Below are positions 1-8,087 of a stretch of 49,560 bases of DNA, piece after piece. Below the pieces are notes generated by a model, which searched no databases, had not been told where the DNA came from, and was given only the letters and a program-made list of their open reading frames with translations. The position numbers and the translations under genes were made by a program. The DNA comes from Chromatiales bacterium. GTDB taxonomy: Bacteria > Pseudomonadota > Gammaproteobacteria > Steroidobacterales > BM003. Position 1 is the first letter of the stretch, and the number at the start of each line of letters is the position of its first letter. The stretch covers positions 1 through 49,560 of the forward strand of contig JAOTSW010000001.1 of NCBI GenBank assembly GCA_029864735.1, read 5' to 3'.

Positions 1-8
1 TTCGCATT

Positions 9-41
9 AAAAAAGCCGGCGGTATTCAGCCGGCTTTATTT
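9..41. terminator. Rho-independent-type hairpin, apparently bidirectional
   Basis: The stem AGCCGGC (14-20) pairs with GCCGGCT (29-35) around an 8-nt loop. An A-run (9-14) lies on one side and TTTATTT (35-41) on the other. It sits downstream of the minus-strand genes at the window start. Confidence 0.6.
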
Positions 42-185
42 AAGCGTCGAAAGTATGGGTAATTCCGGAAATTTATTACTCGAGGGAAATCCGGGCCCCG
101 ATGCCAACGCCCACAATGCTGTCGATCTTTTTCTCGATTTGAAAAAAATCCATGGCCGGCACGTCTCCTCGCTCCCCCGGCCGGA

Positions 186-689
186 TCAATAGCGCCCGGA
201 GGACTTGTAGAAGTAGCGGGTCATCTCGACGTGCTGCATGTTCATCTTGCGCACGATATGGTGGGCGGCGCGTACGATGGTGCGCATGACCTGGTAAACC
301 ACTTTTGGATGAGTATCCAGCAGCGCTTCAAGATCTCCGCGGGAGATACTGATGACCTCACAGGGAGTCAACGCCCTGAGGCCTACCGCGTGAGGTGCCC
401 CGTCAACAAAACTCATTTCACCCGCCAGGTCCCCCGGTGTCAGCACGGCAAGGGTAACCGGCTCTGATCCCAGTGAGGGAGCTATGACTTCCAGTTTGCC
501 CGTGACAAGAATATGCAGGGAATCATCCAGGTGACCGGCCTCCATGAGGAATTCCTCTGCCTGCAAATCCCGGGTGCTGACGCTTTGTGAAAGAACTTCC
601 AGTGCCTGGGCGTCCAGTTCGTCGCTCAGCCGTGACTTTTCCAGGTATGCCCTTGCTTTCTCTGGGCTTATTTTTTGTGTTGTGGACAT
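186..689 (-). CDS. Stand-alone cyclic-nucleotide-binding (CAP/CNB beta-barrel) domain protein, 167 aa
   Basis: The ORF carries a CNB-like signature (FLMEAGHLDDSLHILVTGKLEV ... GDLAGEMSFVDGAPHAVGLRALT). The phosphate-binding-cassette Arg and Ser/Thr positions are substituted (PHAV). No DNA-binding or other output domain is present. Confidence 0.8.
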   Translation of the reverse strand: MSTTQKISPEKARAYLEKSRLSDELDAQALEVLSQSVSTRDLQAEEFLMEAGHLDDSLHILVTGKLEVIAPSLGSEPVTLAVLTPGDLAGEMSFVDGAPHAVGLRALTPCEVISISRGDLEALLDTHPKVVYQVMRTIVRAAHHIVRKMNMQHVEMTRYFYKSSGRY

Positions 690-887
690 AGCCTGTTCTC
701 CATGGGGGTTGGGCGGGTAGGTAAGCCTAGTCTCGGCAAGCTGGCTTATGGCGGCAAGCGTGGATTACCGAGATGCACGTTTCATAAAACACCCTAAATT
801 CAAACTGTTAACGGAACCCTCCCGAAGGCCTTCCCATCGATGCCCGGTCCGTGAAGCCATTCCGGGTCCATCAGGTCAGCCCGGGGT

Positions 888-2663
888 TCAGGTCTTCGCG
901 GCCGCCTCAAGTTCGCGCTGGATGTATTCCTGGATAAGACCATCAAGGATATCCAGTGACACCGAACCACTGCGAAGGATTTCATCATGGAATCTTCGCA
1001 GGTTAAAGTTCGTGCCCAGTTGCTCCTCTGCCTGTTTTCGAAGCGCCTTGATCTTCAGTTCCCCCAGCTTGTAGGAAAGCGCCTGGCCGGGCCATGAAAT
1101 ATAGCGATCGATTTCTGTGGTGACCTCGTGGATAGACAGGGCGGTGTTGCCGGCCAGGTAGTCCAGGGCCTGTTGCCGTGTCCAGCTTTTGGCATGCAGT
1201 CCGGTATCCACCACCAGGCGGCAAGCCCGCCACATTTCGTAGGTCAGGCGGCCAAAGTTGCTGTAGGGGTCAGGGTACATACCCGCCTCGATGCCCAGGA
1301 ACTCGGAGTACAGGCCCCATCCCTCGCCGTAGGCAGAGATGTAGTCGAACTTGCGAAAGTTGGGCTGCTCGCCCTGTTCGGCGGCCAGTGCGCCCTGCAG
1401 GTGATGGCCGGGCACCGCCTCGTGCAGGGACAGGGCCGGCAGTGCGTACAGGGGGCGAGACTTCAGGTCATAGGTGTTGACCCAGTACTGGCCCGGGCGA
1501 GTGCTGTCCCGGGGTGCAGGCACGTAGCGCCCGGCGGTGTACTTGGGCGCGATGTTCGCCGGCACCGGGTTTACCGTGTAGGGCTGCCTGGGCAGCACAG
1601 TGAACAGGGAAGGCAGCTTGCCGTCCATGGTCTTGGCAATCCAGGCCGCTTCCTTGAGCAGTTGCTCGGGGGTTTCGGCATAGAACTGTGGATCGCTACG
1701 CAAGAAAGCGAGGAAGTCCGCGAAGCTACCCTCGAACTTCACATCCTTGATGATCTGTTCCATTTCGGCGCGAATTCGAGCCACTTCTTTCAGACCGATC
1801 TGGTGAATTTCGTCGGCGCTTAAATCCAGTGTGGTGTAGTCGCGAATCTGCTGATCGTAATAAGCCTCGCCATCAGGCATGTCGTAGGCGCCCAGTGTCT
1901 CCCGGGTCCCGGGAATGTACTCCTCGGTCATGAATCTCAGGAATTTGGCATAGCCAGGCACCACTGCGTCGAGGATGGCCTCGGCGCCTTGTGCCCTCAG
2001 GCGCTGCCGGTCAGTTTCAGAAACAGCGGCAGGAAAGTTTTCGAAAGGACCCCAGAAGCGGCTGTCCTGCGCGGTCCCGGCAAGCATGGGGCGCAGCATA
2101 TCTTCGTAACCCTGGAGGATCACCCGGGGCTGAGAAAAGCCGCGGGCCATCCCGGCACGCATATTGGTAATGTGCTGTTCCACCAGTGCGGGCCAGCCGC
2201 GCATGCGGCTGATGTAATTCTCGTAATCGGTGGTGCTATTGAAAGGAATGAAGTCAGGCAGTCGCGCGAAGTTGGTATGGAAGCCCTCGTCCACCAGTAT
2301 TGGAATCTGGTAGCCGCGGAACTCGATATTGCGGACCATGCTTTTCAGCTGACGCTCGAATAACAAATAATTGATCTTGTCTTCGCCGGTCAGCGAGCCG
2401 ATGTCTATCTGGTGCAGTTCGTCCAGGATTCCACGCCAGAAATCCACGCGTCTCAGCTGGTCTTCCTCGGCAACCGACCCAAGCTTGTCATAAGCCCCAG
2501 GTGAGCCGGTGTAGCTGGCCATTGTAGGAAACTCGGCCATCCGGAATTCCCAGTCTTTGTCGAACAACGCCTGTAAGCGCTGCTGATCCGAACCGGGTTG
2601 GGCGGACAGCGAATTGGCCAGGAGGCCCAGGGCGGCAGCGAGGATGAGAATTGACCTTTTCAT
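888..2663 (-). CDS. Exported DUF885-family protein (metallopeptidase-like), 591 aa
   Basis: The N-terminus is a signal peptide (MKRSILILAAALGLLANSLSA). The length and the HEAVPGHHLQ motif are typical of DUF885 proteins. Confidence 0.8.
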   Translation of the reverse strand: MKRSILILAAALGLLANSLSAQPGSDQQRLQALFDKDWEFRMAEFPTMASYTGSPGAYDKLGSVAEEDQLRRVDFWRGILDELHQIDIGSLTGEDKINYLLFERQLKSMVRNIEFRGYQIPILVDEGFHTNFARLPDFIPFNSTTDYENYISRMRGWPALVEQHITNMRAGMARGFSQPRVILQGYEDMLRPMLAGTAQDSRFWGPFENFPAAVSETDRQRLRAQGAEAILDAVVPGYAKFLRFMTEEYIPGTRETLGAYDMPDGEAYYDQQIRDYTTLDLSADEIHQIGLKEVARIRAEMEQIIKDVKFEGSFADFLAFLRSDPQFYAETPEQLLKEAAWIAKTMDGKLPSLFTVLPRQPYTVNPVPANIAPKYTAGRYVPAPRDSTRPGQYWVNTYDLKSRPLYALPALSLHEAVPGHHLQGALAAEQGEQPNFRKFDYISAYGEGWGLYSEFLGIEAGMYPDPYSNFGRLTYEMWRACRLVVDTGLHAKSWTRQQALDYLAGNTALSIHEVTTEIDRYISWPGQALSYKLGELKIKALRKQAEEQLGTNFNLRRFHDEILRSGSVSLDILDGLIQEYIQRELEAAAKT

Positions 2664-2724
2664 GGGCGACTCCGATTCGAAAAACGTACGCAGGACCGAG
2701 ACCTGCTTGAATTGCCGGCGTGAA

Positions 2725-4170
2725 TCAGGCTTTCCAGAACGCCGGTGTAAAGATTACAAAAATAGTAAATATTTCCAGCCGGCCCAACAACATTGCGCCG
2801 GAAAGCATCCACTTCTGTATTGCTGTGACGGTGACGAAATTGGCTGACACTTCCCCCAGGCCCGGGCCCAGGTTATTCAAACAGGTTGTGACCGCACTGA
2901 AGGCGGTGAGTTGATCCATGCCTCCCTGCATCAGTAGCAACATCAACAAGGCGAAGGCGGTGACATAGATCGCGAAATAGGCCCAAACGGTTTGCACTAT
3001 CTTGTTGGGGACGGTCTTGCCGTCCAGGGTCAGTGGGCGCACCAGGTTCGGGTGCACCAGGCGCTTGACTTCGATACCTGCCTGTTTTGCCAGGACCACC
3101 ACGCGGATGACCTTCATACCCCCTGCGGTGGATCCGGCGCAGCCTCCAACAAAGCTGATGAACATCAGCAGTATCGGGAGCATCAACGGCCAGACGGAAA
3201 AGTCGCTGATACCGAAGCCGGTGCTGGTGACCACTGACACAACCTGGAAAATACCAAAGCGCAGCGTGTGAGTAACACTGCCGTAGTGTCCATCCTCATG
3301 CAGCACCCAGGCGATAATCAACGAGGTCACAATCACCAGGGCAATCAGTGCCCTGGCTTCTTCATTGCGCAGGTAGGCACCCAGGTCACGTTTTCGCCAC
3401 ACCAGGAAATGCAGGCTGAAATTCATGGCGCCTGCCATCATGAATATCACCGCGACGGTCTCGATCATCGGACTGTCAAAATAGGCCAGGCTGGCATCGT
3501 GTGTGGAGAAACCGCCGGTAGATACCGTGGCGAAACTGTGGGCCATTGCGTCAAACGGGGTCATGCCGGCCAGCCAGTAACACACCGCACAGGCCACGGT
3601 GATGACCAGGTAAAGTGTCCAGACCACCTGGGCAGTGCGGCGAATCCGGGGAGTGAGCTGGTTCTCCTTGACCGGTCCGGGAGTCTCTGCCTTGAGTAGT
3701 TGAGTCCCACCCACGCCCAGCATGGGTAGCAGGGCAATGGCAGAAATGATTACCCCAATACCCCCCAGCCACTGTAGCTCGGCGCGATAAAACAGAATAG
3801 ACATTGGCAGTGTGTCAAGGCCGACAATGGTTGTGGCGCCGGTAGTAGTGAACGCCGAGGTGGATTCAAATACCGAATTGGCCAGGCTCATATCCAGGCA
3901 TACAATAAATGGCAGGGATCCCAGCAGGCTGACCACTACCCACATGAGTGTTGCGATGGCAAAGCCATCGCGGTTACGCATGTGGTGTTCGCCTTTTCCG
4001 CTGAACAGCCAGAGGATGATTCCAATCACGGCGCAGACCGCCTGGATCAGCAGAAACTCGTCGGCCAGACCGTCCTGGTACCACAGTGCTACCAGGAGAG
4101 GCGGGGCCAGTGATGCGGCAAAAATGACCAGCAAGACACCGAGTGTTGCAGCGATGATTACAAGTTGCAT
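2725..4170 (-). CDS. trkH: Trk-type potassium uptake protein TrkH
   Basis: It is a multi-pass membrane protein with TrkH-like motifs (GGCAGSTAGGMKVIRV, LNNLGPGLG, GRLEIFTIFVIFTPAFW). I moved the start from 4254 to the internal ATG at 4170 (MQLVIIAATLG...). That gives 481 aa and aligns with the E. coli TrkH N-terminus. The exact start is uncertain. Confidence 0.9.
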   Translation of the reverse strand: MQLVIIAATLGVLLVIFAASLAPPLLVALWYQDGLADEFLLIQAVCAVIGIILWLFSGKGEHHMRNRDGFAIATLMWVVVSLLGSLPFIVCLDMSLANSVFESTSAFTTTGATTIVGLDTLPMSILFYRAELQWLGGIGVIISAIALLPMLGVGGTQLLKAETPGPVKENQLTPRIRRTAQVVWTLYLVITVACAVCYWLAGMTPFDAMAHSFATVSTGGFSTHDASLAYFDSPMIETVAVIFMMAGAMNFSLHFLVWRKRDLGAYLRNEEARALIALVIVTSLIIAWVLHEDGHYGSVTHTLRFGIFQVVSVVTSTGFGISDFSVWPLMLPILLMFISFVGGCAGSTAGGMKVIRVVVLAKQAGIEVKRLVHPNLVRPLTLDGKTVPNKIVQTVWAYFAIYVTAFALLMLLLMQGGMDQLTAFSAVTTCLNNLGPGLGEVSANFVTVTAIQKWMLSGAMLLGRLEIFTIFVIFTPAFWKA

Positions 4171-4345
4171 AGCTGTTATCTGGTGAGCGTATCTAGCGCC
4201 GTAGTTAGTTATTGGAGTAAACGTGATGTTGCGCTTCGATCTTTTCATATGCAACCGACGAAGCTCGATACAATCTCCGGGATTACAGTAGAATTGCTAC
4301 TTCAGTCGTTGCGAATTCCCGCAACGCGGCTACAGGCGGGTAATT

Positions 4346-4921
4346 ATGTCTCTGGCAGATCTCAATCCTTACTGGCTGATCCCAGTCATCTTTTTTGCTC
4401 GCGTCGTGGACGTCTCGCTGGGTACCTTCCGATTTATTATGGTGATCCGGGGCCACCGCATGGTAGCTACTGTGGTGGGGTTCATCGAGAGCATGATCTG
4501 GATACTCGCCGTCGGCGGGGTGATTTCGCACCTTGATCAGTGGTACCTGGTGGCAGCGTATGCCGGCGGATTCGCAGCCGGCAACTGGGTGGGGATCTGG
4601 CTGGAGTCCCGGGCGGCAATCGGGACTGAACTGGTTCGCGCGATTTCCCGCAACAGTGAAAACCTGTTGGCCGGAACCTTGCGTGATAACGGGTATCGCC
4701 CGGTCAGGCTCACCGGCAGTGGTGCCGGAGATCATCCGGTGGAAGTCGTCCTGGTCGTGGCCAGACGGCGCAAGGTTCCGGAGCTGGTGAAGTTGATTCA
4801 CGAGGCGGACCCCGATGCTATCTATACGGTCTCGGACATCAAGACCGTCCACGACACGGATCCCGACCTGGTCTCGGGGTTCAAGGACCTTGCCTGGCCA
4901 AAGCGGGTTCGCCGCAAGTAA
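4346..4921 (+). CDS. UPF0316 / DUF2179-family inner-membrane protein, 191 aa
   Basis: The N-terminal part is a membrane region (FFARVVDVSLGTFRFIMVIRG..., three predicted TM helices) and the C-terminal part is soluble. This is typical of the UPF0316 family. The gene is divergent from trkH. Confidence 0.7.
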   Translation: MSLADLNPYWLIPVIFFARVVDVSLGTFRFIMVIRGHRMVATVVGFIESMIWILAVGGVISHLDQWYLVAAYAGGFAAGNWVGIWLESRAAIGTELVRAISRNSENLLAGTLRDNGYRPVRLTGSGAGDHPVEVVLVVARRRKVPELVKLIHEADPDAIYTVSDIKTVHDTDPDLVSGFKDLAWPKRVRRK

Positions 4922-5011
4922 GCAGTGATTCCTCCTTATTTGGAAGTGGCTCAGCCTGTGAGCCTCCGTGGGACGTAGTGTTGGAGGCAACACTGGAAAT
5001 GGAGGCTCTCA

Positions 5012-5194
5012 ATGGACATGATCGAAACAGTAATAGTCAGTCTTGCCGGCATTGCCGTCATTGGCCTGGGCGGCCCGCGACTGGAGGCGATTCAAAGTTA
5101 TGCAGCCAGTCGTTGCCAGCCGCCAGAGCAGGTCCTGGAATGCCAGGAGCGACAATGGGAGGGGTATTGCGCACCCGCCTGCCCGGTGGAGTGA
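5012..5194 (+). CDS. Candidate small membrane-anchored Cys-rich protein, 60 aa
   Basis: A GGAGG Shine-Dalgarno (5001-5005) lies 6 nt upstream of the ATG at 5012. The N-terminus is hydrophobic (IETVIVSLAGIAVIGLGG) and the tail has four Cys (C..C..C..C). GC3 is 38/60 by hand count, in line with coding sequence here. No family was recognised. Confidence 0.3.
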   Translation: MDMIETVIVSLAGIAVIGLGGPRLEAIQSYAASRCQPPEQVLECQERQWEGYCAPACPVE

Positions 5195-5276
5195 TCCAAG
5201 GCCGGCGGTGACTGTCCCGGTCCGAGCCATCAGTGCTACTCTTGGGGAAAGACAAAACAATCACCCCGGGGGATAC

Positions 5277-6617
5277 ATGGATCGCTTCTTACCTTGGCTG
5301 TTTCTGATGCTGTTCGCTGCCTCAGCAAACGCGGCCGATTCGCTTGCCGGATCAGAAAGTATCGAAAGTCGAACACTGGAAAATGGTCTGAAAGTTATTG
5401 TCTGGCCCGACCAGGATATTCCCAATCTTGCCTGGTACCACTGGGTGCGGGCAGGCGCTCGAAACGAGTACCCGGGAATCACGGGTCTGTCCCACTTTTT
5501 TGAACACATGATGTTTAACGGCACCAGTAAGCGGAAGCCCGGGGAATTCGACCGCATCATGGAAGCAAACGGTGGTGCAAACAATGCGTACACATCCAGT
5601 GATGTGACGGTGTATACCGACTGGGTTCCACGCTCGGCGCTGGAATTGAACTTCGACCTGGAGAGCGATCGCTTTCAAAACCTGGCCTTTGTAGAGGAGG
5701 TGGTGAACAGCGAGCGGGGCGTGGTGTACTCGGAGCGACGTTCCTCGGTGGATAACCAGAGCTTCCGAAAGTTGCATGAACAGGTAAATGCCACGGCGTT
5801 TATCGCTCATCCCTACCAGTTCCCGGTCATAGGCTGGCCCTCGGATATCGAGAACTGGAAAATGGAAGACCTGCAGCAGTACTTCCAGACTTACTACGCC
5901 CCAAATAACACCACTTTGGTGATTGTTGGCGCCGTAGAGCCCAAGCAGGTGTTTGAGCTGGCCGAAGAATATTTCGGTCCCATTTCTGCCCAGCCGGCGC
6001 CGGAACCGGTGCGCACGGTGGAGCCCAAGCAGGTGGGCCAGCGACGCCTGGTCATGCACGACGCGGCCCAGGCTCCGGTACTGGCCGTTGCTTTCCACAT
6101 TCCCCAGGCCAATCACCCGGACACGCCTGCGCTGTCGCTCGCGATGGATGTTCTGGGGGAGGGCACGTCATCCCGACTCCACCAGCGTCTGGTGGAGCAG
6201 GAACAGTTGGCAGTTGGCGTTTTCTCATTCAAGGATGAAGGATTTGACCCTGGCCTGGCGTGGTTTTTCGTGATGCTGCCGCCGGGGGGTGATACCCAGC
6301 GCGCCGAGGACGTGCTGTTTGAGGAGTTGGGTAAGGTCGCCAGCGAAGCGGTACAGGCCAGTGAGCTTGAAAAAGCACGTAATATTCAAATGGCCAATTT
6401 CTGGCGCAAGCTGGCCACCATTGATGGCAAGGCCGATTTGCTGGGCACTTATGAGGTGTTCCACGGAGATTTTAACAAGATGCTGGATGTGCCAGAGCAG
6501 CTTGCCGGGGTTAGCCTCGAAGACATCAAGACGATTTCCTCCACGGTATTTACCCGGTCCAACAGCACGGTGGGCGTATTGATTCCCGCGGCCAACGAGC
6601 AGGAGGCAGGCGAATGA
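5277..6617 (+). CDS. Exported M16 (pitrilysin/insulinase) family zinc peptidase, catalytic subunit type
   Basis: The inverted zinc motif HFFEH (HxxEH) occurs in GLSHFFEHMMFNGT. The start was trimmed to ATG 5277 (MDRFLPWLFLMLFAASANA), which gives a signal peptide. The 78-codon upstream extension in the ORF track looks non-coding. Confidence 0.9.
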   Translation: MDRFLPWLFLMLFAASANAADSLAGSESIESRTLENGLKVIVWPDQDIPNLAWYHWVRAGARNEYPGITGLSHFFEHMMFNGTSKRKPGEFDRIMEANGGANNAYTSSDVTVYTDWVPRSALELNFDLESDRFQNLAFVEEVVNSERGVVYSERRSSVDNQSFRKLHEQVNATAFIAHPYQFPVIGWPSDIENWKMEDLQQYFQTYYAPNNTTLVIVGAVEPKQVFELAEEYFGPISAQPAPEPVRTVEPKQVGQRRLVMHDAAQAPVLAVAFHIPQANHPDTPALSLAMDVLGEGTSSRLHQRLVEQEQLAVGVFSFKDEGFDPGLAWFFVMLPPGGDTQRAEDVLFEELGKVASEAVQASELEKARNIQMANFWRKLATIDGKADLLGTYEVFHGDFNKMLDVPEQLAGVSLEDIKTISSTVFTRSNSTVGVLIPAANEQEAGE

Positions 6618-8035
6618 AACGCTATGCAAACTGGCAAAACAGCATTGCCGCCATCGTCCTGGTATTCCTGGTCTCCGCCAGTGCCCTGGCAGGTGACAGT
6701 ATTCGGTTGCCTGACTACCAGCAGGTAGAACTCGATAACGGAATTACCCTGATATTACTTGAAAAAAGTGATGTTCCACTGGTGTCGTTCAGTGCCGCGG
6801 TGCGAGGTGGGCTGGTCAGTGAACCCGCCGACAAGAATGGCGTGGCCTCATTGCTTGCCGAACTGCTGCAAAAGGGAGCAGGGGAGCGTGATGCGGTCCA
6901 GTTCGCCGAGGCGGTGGCCGCGGTGGGTGGACGATTTAATGTGTCGGCCAACAGTGAATTTATTGGCTTGAACGGCGAGTTCATGTCCCGGGATTCAGAC
7001 CTGATGATCAGCTTGTTGGCGGATGTCTTGCTCAGGCCGCGAATGGATGCAGCCGAGTTTCAGAAGATCAAGACCCGGGCTATCCAGGGCATCGCTGCCA
7101 TGAAGGATGCAGATGCCAGGGGATTGATCGGCACCTATGCAGAGGCTTTCGTATTTGGGAAACATCCCTACGCAAGATCCTCCACCGGGAGTGAAGCGAG
7201 CCTGGCGCGGGTGAGTTACGAGGACGCGAAGAATTATGCGGCCAGTAACCTGGTTGCGGACCGATTGCTGCTGGTTGTCGCGGGTGATTTCAAGGCCAAG
7301 GCCATGCGCAAGCGCATTGAGAAGGCCCTGGGAGGCTGGAAGGCCGCGGGCACTGCAATTGCTCCCCTGGAAGCTGCTCCCCGGGTTCCCGGGGGCAGGG
7401 TGTTACTGGTGGACAAGCCCGGTGCGACCCAGACGTATTTCTGGATAGGCAATGTTGGCGTTAGCCGAAGTGACCCTGATGCCGTGGCAATCGAGCTGGT
7501 GAACACCCTGTTTGGTGGACGGTTTACCTCCATGCTTAACACCGCCCTGCGGATCGAGTCGGGTCTGACCTATGGGGCTCGCTCCAACCTTGCCATGCGT
7601 AGCCAGCCGGGTAGTGTTTCGATCGCCTCCTATACCGCCACGGAGACCACCATAGAGGCGGTAGACCTGGCCCTGGAGCAACTGGGAAAGGTACGTGAGA
7701 GCGGATTTGATGCCGCCTCGCTGCAATCGGGCAAAACCTATCGCCAGGGGACCTATCCCATGGGATTTGAGACTGCCAGTGACCTGGCGGGGCAGATCCT
7801 GACTCTGAAGTTTTACGGCCTGCCCGACAGCAAAGTGAATGACTACTCCAGTGACATGGATGCCGTAACCTCTGAAAAAGCCAAACAGGTTATCGCCCGA
7901 ATTTATCCCCCGCGCGAAGAAATGGTGTTTGTTTTTATTGGTGACAGTCAGAAGATCAAGGACCTGGTCGGTGTGTATGGCGAGATAACCCTGATGAGTA
8001 TTACTGATAGCGATTGGGTTCCCGGCGATAAATAG
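6614..8035 (+). CDS. Exported M16-family peptidase-like protein lacking HxxEH (non-catalytic partner type)
   Basis: The length and fold signature are M16-like but there is no HxxEH motif. The N-terminus is a signal peptide (MKRYANWQNSIAAIVLVFLVSASALA). Its ATG overlaps the upstream stop (ATGA, 6614-6617), which suggests translational coupling. Confidence 0.85.
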   Translation: MKRYANWQNSIAAIVLVFLVSASALAGDSIRLPDYQQVELDNGITLILLEKSDVPLVSFSAAVRGGLVSEPADKNGVASLLAELLQKGAGERDAVQFAEAVAAVGGRFNVSANSEFIGLNGEFMSRDSDLMISLLADVLLRPRMDAAEFQKIKTRAIQGIAAMKDADARGLIGTYAEAFVFGKHPYARSSTGSEASLARVSYEDAKNYAASNLVADRLLLVVAGDFKAKAMRKRIEKALGGWKAAGTAIAPLEAAPRVPGGRVLLVDKPGATQTYFWIGNVGVSRSDPDAVAIELVNTLFGGRFTSMLNTALRIESGLTYGARSNLAMRSQPGSVSIASYTATETTIEAVDLALEQLGKVRESGFDAASLQSGKTYRQGTYPMGFETASDLAGQILTLKFYGLPDSKVNDYSSDMDAVTSEKAKQVIARIYPPREEMVFVFIGDSQKIKDLVGVYGEITLMSITDSDWVPGDK

Positions 8036-8087
8036 TTCGGGCCCTGTCCGGGTTTAAGCCGGCGAGGATTCGGCAAAGTGAGGAGTT

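Noticed and set aside
4283-4993. A 236-aa minus-strand ORF covering the UPF0316 gene region.
   Set aside because: The plus-strand frame gives a coherent membrane protein with the UPF0316 signature. The minus-strand translation is featureless.
5043-5276. 5-prime extensions in the ORF track for the M16 peptidase (5043). Similar extensions occur for the lipoprotein (12685), the DUF3501 gene (40808), the TonB receptor (to 16959), trkH (to 4254), folE2 (to 38542) and efp (48221).
   Set aside because: In each case an internal ATG gives a canonical N-terminus (a signal peptide or a conserved family start), often with an SD. The extensions overlap upstream genes or look non-coding.
5012-8035. The idea that the small Cys-rich ORF plus the M16 pair form a RiPP cluster (precursor plus AlbE/AlbF- or PqqF-like proteases).
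   Set aside because: Both M16 proteins carry Sec signal peptides. No radical-SAM enzyme, cyclodehydratase or other maturase, and no exporter, is nearby. The small ORF also has a TM helix rather than a leader peptide.
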